The translations under genes and the position numbers were made by a program. Below, one piece after another: positions 9,575 through 20,108 of a stretch of 64,000 nucleotides of DNA. The notes under the pieces are model-generated. The model had not been told where the DNA came from and searched no databases. It saw only the letters and a list, made by a program, of their open reading frames with translations. The stretch comes from Fidelibacterota bacterium (lineage in GTDB: Bacteria; Fidelibacterota; UBA8477; JABMPR01): positions 12,089 to 76,088 of the forward strand of contig JAIPJM010000007.1 in the NCBI GenBank assembly GCA_021734255.1, written 5' to 3'. How positions within the stretch are numbered: position 1 is the first letter of the stretch; every line of letters begins with the position of its first letter.

Positions 9575-10267
9575 TTAGGCTTTTAGCTCAAGCGCACCAA
9601 AAGCAACGGTGCTGTTCACGGTAACATTCACCGCGTTCTTTTCCCCACCCTTGGTCTTATCCTCCACACCACCAAAGATAGGGGTTCCTGTAATGATCAC
9701 ATTCCAATCTTCAGGTACCATGATCTCAGTACCACCAAAGAGGGTGGTAACATTAATGGTACACCCGGTATCGATCGCTTTTGCTTTACGCAGGTCCAAT
9801 TCGACACCACCAAAGAGGCTCAATATATTTGCCCCCTTGAAATTCTCGGAAACAACGACCTTTTCGATCCCGCCAAAGATAGCTGAGGCATGCACATAAT
9901 CATCGTCACTCGAGTCAATATTGGAGAAAGACAGACCTGGTTTGCCCTGAGATTTGAGCAACATGGAAACACCGACATAAAGGATAATTAAGGGCCATAG
10001 CTTGAAGAGGCTGCCCCAATTGATAAAGTCCAGGGTTGCCGAGAGCAATATCAGTCCGATTATGAAGAGGATGGAGCCATTGCGCTTATCATGTGCCTGA
10101 AGTTTTGAAAATCCGACAATAACAAAGATAGCAGGCCACCAGGTACTGATAAAGCGGCCAAGATGCATGACATTCAAACTCTGGAGTAAGAAGATGGCAC
10201 CAACAACGATCACCACAATCGCAATCCAGGACTGCTGGTTGTATTTGCTAGGCAGATTCTCACTCAT
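9575..10267 (-). CDS. LiaF-like cell-envelope stress protein (N-terminal TM region plus LiaF C-terminal domain)
   Basis: 230 aa with four hydrophobic helices. The C-terminus has repeated FGG motifs (IFGGIEKVV, LFGGVELDL, LFGGTEIMVP, IFGGVEDK) typical of the LiaF/DUF2154 domain. Confidence 0.7.
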   Translation of the reverse strand: MSENLPSKYNQQSWIAIVVIVVGAIFLLQSLNVMHLGRFISTWWPAIFVIVGFSKLQAHDKRNGSILFIIGLILLSATLDFINWGSLFKLWPLIILYVGVSMLLKSQGKPGLSFSNIDSSDDDYVHASAIFGGIEKVVVSENFKGANILSLFGGVELDLRKAKAIDTGCTINVTTLFGGTEIMVPEDWNVIITGTPIFGGVEDKTKGGEKNAVNVTVNSTVAFGALELKA

Positions 10268-10307
10268 ATCGCATTACTCCTTTTGCTGAAATGTATTCCG
10301 GATAATA

Positions 10308-11105
10308 TCACATTGAAATCATCCGTCCCAAAGGGATTTTCATCGTCAGCATAACAGTCGGGTCTGTCCCACTCCCTTTGGAAAACCTATCGAGTTCATA
10401 CCGGGTGATGGACCAGGCGATCAACGATCCCACGACAGCTCCCGTAATCACATCTGTAGCATAGTGCATATCGCCAGCTATTCTAAAGTATCCGGTCAAT
10501 CCTGCGGTTCCCAGCAAGCTCGCCCAGATATAGGGACGCACCGCTGCATAACTTTCGGATAGGATCATCGCGTTTGTTACTGCCTGTGAAAAGGCGACGC
10601 TGGTATGGCCACTGAAAAAAGAGGCATAATCATCAGAACCCTGGGAATTTGATGTTGCATAAAAATGGTATGGCCGTTCTCTGGCTACGATGATCTTTGC
10701 CAGATTTGTGGCAACTGCATTGGCAGCAAACACCTCCGCATTGATAAGGAATGCACTTTCCCTGCTCTCTGCTAACAGGGGTCCCCAGGCGATACTGGTA
10801 AATGAAACACCATAGAGCAGTCGGTCACTCCAGTCGATGGCCTTATGCATGGAATGCTGACCCCAGAATGCTCTGGTTCTCATTTTCTGATCAAAGGAAT
10901 TTGGCACTGAGAAGCGTGGCTCTGATGGCATCAGATGGTCCTTGGCAAACAGTTCCAATCCAACTGCGGCACCCATACCCAGAGCAGCAACTGTAAAATC
11001 ATTCACATCCGGTTTCACCTGTGCGTATGTGTTTAGGACAAACAGGCTCAACAGCAAATAGATCCAGCGCTTCTTCATTGTTGATGATCCAGTATTGAGC
11101 ATCAA
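10308..11105 (-). CDS. PAP2-family phosphatase
   Basis: All three PAP2 motifs are present: K-x6-RP (KIIVARERP), SGH (FFSGHTS) and R-x5-H-x3-D (RIAGDMHYATD). The real start is probably MKKRWIYLL at 11078, which gives a signal peptide. Confidence 0.85.
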   Translation of the reverse strand: MMLNTGSSTMKKRWIYLLLSLFVLNTYAQVKPDVNDFTVAALGMGAAVGLELFAKDHLMPSEPRFSVPNSFDQKMRTRAFWGQHSMHKAIDWSDRLLYGVSFTSIAWGPLLAESRESAFLINAEVFAANAVATNLAKIIVARERPYHFYATSNSQGSDDYASFFSGHTSVAFSQAVTNAMILSESYAAVRPYIWASLLGTAGLTGYFRIAGDMHYATDVITGAVVGSLIAWSITRYELDRFSKGSGTDPTVMLTMKIPLGRMISM

Positions 11106-11152
11106 GCAATATAGTTTTCACGGCACTGAAAGTTTATCGAAAAACACGTCTT

Positions 11153-11428
11153 TCAAACCATCCCGGCACTCAGATGTGCCAATTTTTCTTCGAAGCTGGT
11201 GGCATCAAATGTTCCCAGATACCACAGCTCATCATTAGCCCAAATAGCAGGTGTGATGGAGATGGACGGCCTCTTGAGTACTTGAGTGGATGTATCGAAG
11301 ATGGAAAGATGCACCTGATCGAAACGCCGACATATATCGATGATCGTTTGTTTGGTCCGGTCACTGAATGCACAGCGCTGACGCACATACAATTCGACTT
11401 CGATGCTTACACGCTGGTGAGGATTCAT
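11153..11428 (-). CDS. small thioredoxin-fold protein with a monothiol C-x-x-S motif
   Basis: 91 aa. The beta-alpha-beta pattern IEVELYV-RQRCAFSD-helix, a cis-Pro-like ITPAIW and ELWYLG fit a Trx/Grx fold. The assignment is by pattern only. Confidence 0.45.
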   Translation of the reverse strand: MNPHQRVSIEVELYVRQRCAFSDRTKQTIIDICRRFDQVHLSIFDTSTQVLKRPSISITPAIWANDELWYLGTFDATSFEEKLAHLSAGMV

Positions 11429-11492
11429 GTAGAGAAGATGGAACCGTGCTGCTATCGAATCTGTCCGTCACCTGACAGGAGCGTCTGGATTT

Positions 11493-12173
11493 CTATTGGA
11501 ACTGGTTAAGATCGCCTTTAATGTGCAGAAATCTCCTGGAGAAGCTGATCACCCCATCATCTGCCAACTCGTTCAATACCTGATTGACGGTTTGTCTTGC
11601 AGTGGCAGTAAGGTCTGCGATCTCCTTATGGGTGAGAAAGGGTCTGACCATCCACCCATCAACCATTTGTTTGCCAAAGGTCGAAACATAGCGATGCAAA
11701 AAAGCCAGGATCCTGTCTTTTGCACTCTTGAATACCAGATCTTCAACATGGGACTGAATTTTGCGGAGACGAAATCCGATGAACTTGTTCACACTGATGG
11801 CCAATTGGGGACTTTTTTCCATCAGGTCTTGAAAATCGTGTTTATCTACGGCACAGATGACCGCGTCCTCGACAACTTCTGCTACATTATCGTGGGTATC
11901 CTGCCCGAGAATGGCACTTTCCCCGAAAATTTCACCAGGTCCCAGGAGGTGTAGTGTCGTCGTTTTACCGTCTTCCGACAGACGATAGATCTTGATCTTC
12001 CCCTCTTTGAGGAAGTAAATGGTATTCGATGGTTCTTCCGGAAAATAAATGATATCTTTTTTTGCACTGGCCTGATCGGTTGTTTTTTCAGCCAATTCCA
12101 TTTTGATGTTCTGGTTCATTCCCGCTAAGAGGTTGAAGTTCTGCAGATACCATATTTTTGTTTTCTCAGCCAT
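11493..12173 (-). CDS. Crp/Fnr-family transcriptional regulator
   Basis: 226 aa with a cNMP-binding beta-roll (IYFLKEGKIKIY..GPGEIFGESAILG) and a C-terminal HTH (THKEIADLTATARQTVNQVLNEL). Confidence 0.88.
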   Translation of the reverse strand: MAEKTKIWYLQNFNLLAGMNQNIKMELAEKTTDQASAKKDIIYFPEEPSNTIYFLKEGKIKIYRLSEDGKTTTLHLLGPGEIFGESAILGQDTHDNVAEVVEDAVICAVDKHDFQDLMEKSPQLAISVNKFIGFRLRKIQSHVEDLVFKSAKDRILAFLHRYVSTFGKQMVDGWMVRPFLTHKEIADLTATARQTVNQVLNELADDGVISFSRRFLHIKGDLNQFQ

Positions 12174-12216
12174 GTACCAGACTCCTCATTTGCACGATCG
12201 ATCATGCCTGCTGCCA

Positions 12217-12235
12217 GTTTACATGCCACAGGTAA
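12217..12235. promoter_or_regulatory. inverted repeat TTTAC-N9-GTAAA upstream of the crp/fnr-like gene
   Basis: Seen in the sequence about 45-60 nt upstream of the ATG at 12173. It could be an autoregulatory operator, but the arms are short. Confidence 0.2.
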
Positions 12236-12343
12236 ATTTTCTCAGAATTTTGTAATCTCTATTATCAGTGGTGAAAGCCGCTATCGACGTGGCTCTGAAT
12301 AAACCCCTGTTCGATTTGGCTGCGAATAAGACTCCCATTGGCG

Positions 12344-12374
12344 AATAAAAAAAGTCCCCCGTGCAGGAGACTTT
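12344..12374 (-). terminator. intrinsic terminator of tRNA-Arg(CCG)
   Basis: The minus strand reads AAGTCTCC-tgcacg-GGGGACTT, an 8-bp stem with one G:U pair, running into a T7 tract. It starts 6 nt after the tRNA CCA end. Confidence 0.7.
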
Positions 12375-12379
12375 CTCAT

Positions 12380-12964
<585 letters not shown>

Positions 12965-13009
12965 TTATCTTGAGCAGGCTAAAATATATTCAGTCGTTAC
13001 GCTTACAAC

Positions 13010-13900
13010 CTAATTCAAACTATTCTCTGCCGATTTTACCGTGTTTGACAAAAGCATAGCAACTGTCATGAGACCTACACCACCGGGTACGGGTGTAATG
13101 GCAGCACTCTTTTTCGCCACATTTACATAGTCAACATCGCCGACGATGCGATAGCCTTTTTCGCTACTTGCATCCTCGACTCGATTGATGCCAACATCAA
13201 TGACAATGACTCCCTCCTTAACCATATCAGCCGTGACGTACTCGGCGACACCTGCGGCAACAACCAGGATATCAGCCTGCCTGGTGAATTCTGACATATT
13301 GGGTGTGGCAGTGTGACAAAGTGTGACGGTACAGTTCGCATGCTCCTTTTTCTGAAGCATGAGATTTGCCATCGGTTTACCCACGATATTGGACCGTCCA
13401 ACGACTACCAGATGTTTACCTTTTGTCTCCAGATTATAATATTTGATCATTTCAACGATGCCAGCCGGTGTACAAGGCACGAAACCATCAAGTCCAAGCA
13501 CCAGCTTACCCATACTGACGGGATGGAAGCCATCCACATCCTTATCCGGGTGAATACTCTCAATAACTTTTTGGGAATCAATATGCTTTGGCAGGGGTAG
13601 CTGAACCAGGATCCCGTGAACTGAGCGATCCTCATTCAAACGAGAAACAGTATTCAGTACTTCGGCTTCACTGGTTTCTGCCGTGAGTCTTAGAACCTCA
13701 GACTTGAATCCCAATTTAGCGCTCTGGCGTTCTTTGGAACGAACATAACTCTGAGATGCCGGGTGCTCCCCTACGAGAACGACAGTGAGTCCCGGTGTAA
13801 CCCCCTTCTCAGCGAGGGCAGAAATTCTGGCCTTTAACCCCTCCTTGACAGATGCAGCTACTGGCTTTCCCCCAAGGATGATATGATCATTATTTTGCAA
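13010..13900 (-). CDS. folD: bifunctional methylenetetrahydrofolate dehydrogenase/cyclohydrolase FolD
   Basis: ILGGKPVAASVKEGLK..LTVVLVGEHPASQSYVRSKE..VVVGRSNIVGKPMA..PVPGGVGLMT is a typical FolD. The track ORF starts at TTG 13933. I prefer the in-frame TTG at 13900, which has AAGGAA 8 nt upstream and overlaps the rny stop by 11 nt. The start remains uncertain. Confidence 0.92.
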   Translation of the reverse strand: MQNNDHIILGGKPVAASVKEGLKARISALAEKGVTPGLTVVLVGEHPASQSYVRSKERQSAKLGFKSEVLRLTAETSEAEVLNTVSRLNEDRSVHGILVQLPLPKHIDSQKVIESIHPDKDVDGFHPVSMGKLVLGLDGFVPCTPAGIVEMIKYYNLETKGKHLVVVGRSNIVGKPMANLMLQKKEHANCTVTLCHTATPNMSEFTRQADILVVAAGVAEYVTADMVKEGVIVIDVGINRVEDASSEKGYRIVGDVDYVNVAKKSAAITPVPGGVGLMTVAMLLSNTVKSAENSLN

Positions 13901-15455
13901 TTGCAGTATTCCTTGACTCTCTGATAACAACAACTTTGATCTGACCCGGGTAGGTCATTTCTTCCTCAATACGGCCGGCGATGTCCGAGCTCAGACTTTG
14001 AGCACGGGTATCATCGATCTTGTCGCTTTCCACAAGCACTCTAACCTCACGCCCAGCCTGAATCGCGTAAGATTTGGAGACCCCTTCAAAGCCGGTGGCG
14101 ATACCTTCAAGGTTTCTCAAACGCTTGATATAGCTCTCAAGCGTATCACCCCGGGCACCACGCCGTGACCCACTGATGGCGTCAGCTGATTGTACCAGAG
14201 CAGAGATGGGGCCTGTCATGGGCACTTCTTCATGGTGCGACTCGATGGCATTGACGACGACGTCCGGTTCCCCGAATTTTCGAGCATACTCACCACCGAT
14301 CAGTGCATGGGTCCCATCGGTATTTCGATCCACTGCTTTACCCAGATCATGGAGAAATCCTGCTCGGCGGGCAGTGACACCATCCAAATTCAATTCTGCA
14401 GCCATCAAACCCGTAAGCCAACCGACTTCAATACTATGTTTAAGAATATTCTGACCATAACTGGTCCGGTATTTCAGTCGACCTATAAGTTTCATGATCT
14501 GCTCATGAAATGGTGGCAGGTGGAGCTCAGAAAGGGCTTCCTCAGCCGCATTCTTCATCTCTTCATCCACTTGTTTGGTCGCTTTTTCGATCATCTCTTC
14601 AATCCGTGCAGGATGAATACGACCATCCTGAACAAGATTACTGAGTGCCACACGGGCAACTTCTCTTCGCACGGGATCAAATCCCGAGAGGACAACGGCT
14701 TCAGGTGTATCATCTACGATCAATTCCACCCCTGTGAGCTGTTCAAATGTACGAATATTCCGACCTTCACGACCGATCACGCGCCCTTTCATCTGATCCG
14801 AGGGTAATTCCACAACCGAGACCGTAGACTCTGCAGTATGGTCAGCTGCCGAGCGCTGTATGGCAGAGATCACTATTTTATGGGCTTCTTTGGTAGCGCT
14901 GGAGATGGCCTGATCACGGATCTGCTTTGCTGTGATCGCTGCTTCCGCTTCAGCCAGCTCTTTCATATTCTCCATGAGGTGGTTTTTCGCTTCCTCCTGG
15001 CTCATCCGAGAGATCTCTTCCAGCTTCTGGTTCTCCTGTTCGATCATCTGAGCATAGCGATCTTTTTCCTCAGTGATCTCCTTCAAACCTTGAGATACTT
15101 GAGCTTCCGCCTTTTTCAGATCGATCTCCTTGCGATCCAGAGATTCTGCACGACCGTCCAATTTGAGTTCCCGACCCTCAAGCGTCCGCTGAGAGTTTCT
15201 AACCTCTTGAAATTTAGCCTGAGCTTCAGCTTCTGCCTTTTGCGTGATCTGCATTGCCTGAGCCTTCGCTTCCAGCTCGATCTCTCTCAGATGATTCTTG
15301 GCTTGGGTTTCAGCAGATTCGATGATCTGCTTAGCCAGAAGTCCGGCACTGCGTGCTTTTAATTTATAGGAGTAAACAACGAGGGGTATGGCAACGGCGA
15401 ATCCAAGTGCCACTGCTATTAGCGGGATAAAGGAGGTATAATCCATTCCGTCCAT
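13890..15455 (-). CDS. rny: ribonuclease Y
   Basis: 521 aa with an N-terminal TM helix, a coiled coil, a KH domain (GRVIGREGRNIRTFEQLTGVELIVDD) and an HD domain (GFLHDLGKA). Confidence 0.95.
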   Translation of the reverse strand: MDGMDYTSFIPLIAVALGFAVAIPLVVYSYKLKARSAGLLAKQIIESAETQAKNHLREIELEAKAQAMQITQKAEAEAQAKFQEVRNSQRTLEGRELKLDGRAESLDRKEIDLKKAEAQVSQGLKEITEEKDRYAQMIEQENQKLEEISRMSQEEAKNHLMENMKELAEAEAAITAKQIRDQAISSATKEAHKIVISAIQRSAADHTAESTVSVVELPSDQMKGRVIGREGRNIRTFEQLTGVELIVDDTPEAVVLSGFDPVRREVARVALSNLVQDGRIHPARIEEMIEKATKQVDEEMKNAAEEALSELHLPPFHEQIMKLIGRLKYRTSYGQNILKHSIEVGWLTGLMAAELNLDGVTARRAGFLHDLGKAVDRNTDGTHALIGGEYARKFGEPDVVVNAIESHHEEVPMTGPISALVQSADAISGSRRGARGDTLESYIKRLRNLEGIATGFEGVSKSYAIQAGREVRVLVESDKIDDTRAQSLSSDIAGRIEEEMTYPGQIKVVVIRESRNTAIAK

Positions 15456-15552
15456 CAGGTCTACCTTTCATATAGGAAGAAAACCCGAGGAAATTTTATG
15501 CCTGCCAGGAGGAAGTGAACGCGATTGCGTTCTTATGTGAATCTCTTAACCC

Positions 15553-15864
15553 TTATGTGCTAAGTGTTTCGTCGATGAGTTCCGTAAGTGCTTGAACCCG
15601 TTCCTCGAATCGATTTTCGATCCGTTCTTTATCCTGTCGGATAGAAAAGAGTTCATCTGTGATATTCATTCCAGCAAGAATTGCGACCTTCCCCTCTTCT
15701 TGAGCGGTATTCGCACCTTCTTCAACTTCTCTCATTTTCATATCGACATAATTGGCAACACCGCTGATATAACTGGAATCCGCCTTACCTTTTATGGTGT
15801 AAGACTTTCCATGAATCATGACTTGTACTGTATTATTATCGTGTGTGTCCATTATATCGTTCAC
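15553..15864 (-). CDS. zapA: cell division protein ZapA
   Basis: 103 aa. VQVMIHGKSYTIKGKADSSYISGVANYVDMKMREV is a ZapA-like N-terminus followed by a coiled coil. Confidence 0.8.
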   Translation of the reverse strand: MNDIMDTHDNNTVQVMIHGKSYTIKGKADSSYISGVANYVDMKMREVEEGANTAQEEGKVAILAGMNITDELFSIRQDKERIENRFEERVQALTELIDETLST

Positions 15865-15897
15865 TTATTCATTCATGCACAAGGTTCAGAGACCGCG

Positions 15898-16101
15898 TCA
15901 TAAAATTTCCAGCTCCGCATCAATCATCTCGATCATGGCGTTCAGTTTACTACGCACGACATCAGAATTGCCGATAGTACCGTCAGAAGATTTATCCATA
16001 ACCTGATTGCGAAGGGAAAGGTTTTCTTTTTTTAATAAACTAACATGGGCAACCAGTAGTCTCACCTTGTCTTCGAATTTACTTAGTGCATCTTCGATCA
16101 C
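15898..16101 (-). CDS. small coiled-coil protein (ZapB-like)
   Basis: 67 aa with heptad-rich sequence (KFEDKVRLLVAHVSLLKKENLSLRNQV). It lies directly upstream of zapA and overlaps the pheT stop by 1 nt. Confidence 0.55.
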   Translation of the reverse strand: MIEDALSKFEDKVRLLVAHVSLLKKENLSLRNQVMDKSSDGTIGNSDVVRSKLNAMIEMIDAELEIL

Positions 16102-18485
16102 TAGATTGCCTCTCTAAGTGTAGCGTTATACGCGTCTTCCAATCCTTTGAGAATCCGCCTGAAATCCTTTTCGATTTCTTTTTCTGTCAGCGTTCTCTTC
16201 TGATTTTGAAAAACCAGTCGAAATGTAAGACTTTTTTTGCCGCTTGCAATAGATTTTCCTTCATATATATCGTATAAACGACTATATATTAATGACTTAC
16301 CAGCATATTTATGAATTGTTTCATCAATCTGTTCATAGGGTATGTTTGCGTCGATCATAAACGAGAGGTCGCGCTCCACAGCTGGGTAAGCCGACACTTG
16401 CTGGTACTGGATATTGCGTTCCAAACCCAGCGTTTCAGAGAGGCGCAGTTCAGCATAGACACCGCTAACACTCTTCAAATTTTGGTTCAATTGTTTCAGA
16501 TTACCGAGGGTTCCAATTTTGTCGTCACCCAGCACAACATCCACAGCATTCGTGAATAATTCATGTTCGGCGGCTTTGAATGTCAACTCCAGACCGAGCA
16601 GATCCTCAAAGGTGGAAGCAAGTATGCCCTTCATATGGAAAATATCAGCTTCAACTGCCTCTTGTGACCATTGCTTTGGTTGAAGCTCACCAGAAATAAA
16701 AACGCCCAGATGGCTGGCCTCTCTGGCACCAGTGTCAGATTCAAGGTCCAGAGTACTCACCTGGCCCAGCTCAAAGATCTTCAGGTCGGACTGTCGGCGG
16801 TTGATATTATGATCAGCAACTTTTGCCATACCCATGAGGAGCGATGATCGCATGGATGCCATTTCTCTGGAGAGTGGGTTGGCCAGTGTCAGCGCCTCTT
16901 CATCTCCGAATACCGCTGGATGTTCCTCGATTGATAGAAGCCCATTCCCATAAATTTGGTTGAAGCCAATAGCAGCAAAATGATCGATGAATCTCTCTCG
17001 TATCTGATCCGGCGTCTTCTTGTTGATCTTATTGGCAATGCTGAAGTGTTGGGGTAAGGGGATATTGTTGTAACCGTGTATGCGGCCAATTTCTTCAATG
17101 AGGTCAATTTCACGCTCAATATCCGGACGAAAGGTAGGGACCGTTACTGTGAGTACGCCATCCTTCTCCGAATGAGATAATTCCAGGCCATTTAAAATAG
17201 CGGACATGCTCTCCACAGTGATGTGCGTACCCAGAATGGCATTACAGCGCTCTGCCCGCATGGATATTTCCAGAGGCTCGATCGGCTCGGGGTAGGCATC
17301 TACCTGACCGTTGGTCAGCTCCCCCCCTGCAAGATCGACGATGAGACCGGCCAGGCGATCCAGGGCATAGGGTATACCATTCGGATCGGTGCCACGCTCA
17401 AAGCGGTGACTGGCATCTGTGGCCAGCTGAAGTTTTTTTGCCCCCCGACGAACAACTACTGGTTTAAAATATGCACTTTCCAAGAGCAGATCGGTGGTGT
17501 CAGCCTGCACCTCTGAATTCTCACCTCCCATGATACCTGCCACAGCGACAGGTTTTGCTGCATCACAGATCAGGAGTACTGTTTCATCCAGTTCTCTTTC
17601 TTTACCATCCAGCGTTGTGATCTTTTCTTGCTTGTGAGCTTTGCGAACGACGATCTTATCGCCTTCTATGTAGCGAAGATCGAAGGTGTGTAATGGATGA
17701 CCTGTCTCCATGAGCACGTAATTTGCCGCATCCACCACATTATTGATCGAACGAATACCAGCCGCCTGCAACCTCTGGCGCATCCAGGCTGGTGACTCCC
17801 CTATTTTTACATTCTTCACGATACGCGCTGCATATCGCGGACACCCATCCGGGTCTTCCAGCTCCACACGCATCAAACTAGATGTTGCAGTGGACGATTC
17901 TTCCAGCTCTATGACTGGTTTACGCATTTCAACACCCAACAATGCCGCCAGATCTCGCGCCACTCCAATGTGGCCCAGGGCGTCTGACCGATCAGGTGTT
18001 AGATCCAGTTCAATGCTGACGTCATTCCCGGACAGGTAAGCCTTCATATTGGTACCGAGTGGGCTCGCCTCATCCAGCACCATAATACCAGACTGGTCAT
18101 CAGAAAGCTCCATTTCGTTTTCTGAGCAGACCATCCCATTGGATAGAACACCCCGTAGTTTGGCTTTCTTGATCTTCATACCACCTGGAAAAGTGGTGCC
18201 GACAGTGGCAACGGGTACTTTTTGGCCTTTTTCGATATTTGGTGCACCACAGATGATCTGTTTTGGCTCACCATCACCCAGGTCGACCATGCAAACACTC
18301 AATCTGTCAGCATCAGGATGTTTTTCTTTTGAAATCACGTGCCCGACAAGGATGGATTCAAAATAATCAGGCAGAGTTTCCGTAATAACCGCTTCAAGTC
18401 CTGCGTGGGTCAGCTTATCGGCTAGTTCCGCAGGTTCCAGATCGAAATCGACATATTCTTTCAACCAATTATATGAAATATTCAT
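16101..18485 (-). CDS. pheT: phenylalanine--tRNA ligase beta subunit
   Basis: 794 aa with an N-terminal tRNA-binding domain (HPDADRLSVCMVDLG) and B3/4, B5 and FDX-ACB regions. It is downstream of pheS. Confidence 0.96.
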   Translation of the reverse strand: MNISYNWLKEYVDFDLEPAELADKLTHAGLEAVITETLPDYFESILVGHVISKEKHPDADRLSVCMVDLGDGEPKQIICGAPNIEKGQKVPVATVGTTFPGGMKIKKAKLRGVLSNGMVCSENEMELSDDQSGIMVLDEASPLGTNMKAYLSGNDVSIELDLTPDRSDALGHIGVARDLAALLGVEMRKPVIELEESSTATSSLMRVELEDPDGCPRYAARIVKNVKIGESPAWMRQRLQAAGIRSINNVVDAANYVLMETGHPLHTFDLRYIEGDKIVVRKAHKQEKITTLDGKERELDETVLLICDAAKPVAVAGIMGGENSEVQADTTDLLLESAYFKPVVVRRGAKKLQLATDASHRFERGTDPNGIPYALDRLAGLIVDLAGGELTNGQVDAYPEPIEPLEISMRAERCNAILGTHITVESMSAILNGLELSHSEKDGVLTVTVPTFRPDIEREIDLIEEIGRIHGYNNIPLPQHFSIANKINKKTPDQIRERFIDHFAAIGFNQIYGNGLLSIEEHPAVFGDEEALTLANPLSREMASMRSSLLMGMAKVADHNINRRQSDLKIFELGQVSTLDLESDTGAREASHLGVFISGELQPKQWSQEAVEADIFHMKGILASTFEDLLGLELTFKAAEHELFTNAVDVVLGDDKIGTLGNLKQLNQNLKSVSGVYAELRLSETLGLERNIQYQQVSAYPAVERDLSFMIDANIPYEQIDETIHKYAGKSLIYSRLYDIYEGKSIASGKKSLTFRLVFQNQKRTLTEKEIEKDFRRILKGLEDAYNATLREAI

Positions 18486-18516
18486 ATGATCTACCTACTA
18501 TCGCGTGGTGCTTGCA

Positions 18517-19530
18517 TTAAAATTGCTTCAGGAAACGGACATCATTCTCGAATAACAGGCGAATATCAGTTATTCCATATTTCATCATGGCGATGCGTTC
18601 GATTCCCATACCAAAAGCGTAACCGGTATAAGCTTCAGGATCAATATCAACAGCTTTGAAGACATTAGGATCGACCATTCCACATCCGCCGATCTCCAGC
18701 CATCCTGTCTGCTTGCAGACCCGACAGCCCTTGCCACCACACAGGAAGCAGGAGACATCCATCTCACTACTGGGTTCAGTGAAGGGGAAAAAACTGGGCC
18801 GGAATCTCAATTTCACAGCTTCACCAAAATATTCGCGGCAAAACAGCTCTAAGGTCGCTTTGAGTTCACCCATTGTAACGTTTTCATCAACGTATAGCCC
18901 CTCTACCTGGTGGAATAGACAATAATGACCGGCATCGATCGCTTCGTTCCGATACACACGTCCAGGCATGATCGAACGGATGGGAGGTTTTTCCTCCAGC
19001 ATAAGTCTGATCTGAACCGGAGATGTATGTGTCCTGAGAACTGAGCCGTTCTCCAGGAAAAAGGTGTCCTGCATGTCCCGTGCCGGATGTTCCGGTGGAA
19101 AATTCAGGGCATCAAAATTGCGCCACTGGGTCTCGATCTCAGGACCTTCAGCTACGGCAAATCCCAAGCGGTGGAATATGCGCTTGAAATCCCGCAGGGT
19201 ACTCTCAATGGGATGGAGTGTCCCACGTGTATACTCGACCCCCGGGAGTGTGACATCGAGCGAATCACTGGCCTGTTCCTCGGAATGGCTCTCCCTGACC
19301 TGTGCATCGATTAGGTCCTGAACATCCGTCTTGAGTTGATTGATCAGACCACCGAATTCACCGCGTCGGTCGGCTTCCACATCCTTGATCTGCTTAAAGA
19401 GGTCGTTTATAACCCCTTTTCGGCCCAAATATTTTTGTTTCAACCGCTCTAAATCAGAAAGCGCTGGGTTTGAGGCCAACGCTTGCTTGAATTCCGAGCG
19501 TAATTCGTCGACTTTTTTAAAAAGCGACAT
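18517..19530 (-). CDS. pheS: phenylalanine--tRNA ligase alpha subunit
   Basis: 337 aa with class II motifs (FPFTEPSSEMDV, GMGIERIAMMKYG). Confidence 0.96.
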   Translation of the reverse strand: MSLFKKVDELRSEFKQALASNPALSDLERLKQKYLGRKGVINDLFKQIKDVEADRRGEFGGLINQLKTDVQDLIDAQVRESHSEEQASDSLDVTLPGVEYTRGTLHPIESTLRDFKRIFHRLGFAVAEGPEIETQWRNFDALNFPPEHPARDMQDTFFLENGSVLRTHTSPVQIRLMLEEKPPIRSIMPGRVYRNEAIDAGHYCLFHQVEGLYVDENVTMGELKATLELFCREYFGEAVKLRFRPSFFPFTEPSSEMDVSCFLCGGKGCRVCKQTGWLEIGGCGMVDPNVFKAVDIDPEAYTGYAFGMGIERIAMMKYGITDIRLLFENDVRFLKQF

Positions 19531-19549
19531 ACGCGATCCTAACTGTGGT

Positions 19550-19894
19550 TTACTTAGTTTTTGCTACAATCGAAGCAAACCCAGCTGGATCAGTTACGGC
19601 GATCTCAGCCAGCATTTTACGATTGAGGTCAATACTATTCTTCTTTAAACCATTCATCAATTTAGAATAACTGAGACCATTCAGACGAGCTGCGGCATTG
19701 ATCCTTGCGATCCACAAGCGGCGAAACTGGCGTTTACGGTCTTTACGATCCCTGTAAGCATAGACCCAGGCACGTTCTACAGTCTCACGCGCTGATCTAT
19801 ACAGACGAGAGCGAGCACCATAATAACCTTTGGCTGCTTTTAAATATTTTTTATGTCGTCTTTTACGTGCGACGGCACTACTAGCTTTTGGCAT
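19550..19894 (-). CDS. rplT: 50S ribosomal protein L20
   Basis: 114 aa; [38 protein letters not shown]. Confidence 0.96.
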   Translation of the reverse strand: MPKASSAVARKRRHKKYLKAAKGYYGARSRLYRSARETVERAWVYAYRDRKDRKRQFRRLWIARINAAARLNGLSYSKLMNGLKKNSIDLNRKMLAEIAVTDPAGFASIVAKTK

Positions 19895-19911
19895 GTCTTA
19901 CTCCTACAACC

Positions 19912-20106
19912 CTAAGCACTGATGGCTTTTTTTACTTTCGCAGCATCGCCACCCTCTAAAAGACCGGATTTACGCAATTTTCTTTTCTGCTTCTGTGACT
20001 TATTGTTCTGCATGTGGCTGGTAAAAGCCTTATTCCTCTTCACTTTACCCTTGCCGGTAAGTTTGAAGCGCTTTTTAGCAGCACGATTTGATTTCATTTT
20101 GGGCAC
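19912..20106 (-). CDS. rpmI: 50S ribosomal protein L35
   Basis: 64 aa; [24 protein letters not shown]. Confidence 0.95.
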   Translation of the reverse strand: MPKMKSNRAAKKRFKLTGKGKVKRNKAFTSHMQNNKSQKQKRKLRKSGLLEGGDAAKVKKAISA

Positions 20107-20108
20107 GT

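Noticed and set aside
9330-9578. 82-aa plus-strand ORF (MHPSLSNINSGCVL...).
   Set aside because: It has no SD, an S/P/R/H-rich composition, and it overlaps the strongest RNA-like hairpins and the stop of the liaF-like gene. It is treated as non-coding.
15456-15552. 6S RNA (ssrS) downstream of zapA, as in E. coli.
   Set aside because: The gap is only 97 nt, too short for a ~180-nt 6S RNA. It contains just one small hairpin (GAACGC-gatt-GCGTTC).
18486-19549. T-box or other leader upstream of pheS.
   Set aside because: The gap between rplT and pheS is only 19 nt (31 nt between pheS and pheT). There is no room for a leader element. The genes are simply part of the thrS-infC-rpmI-rplT-pheST transcription unit.
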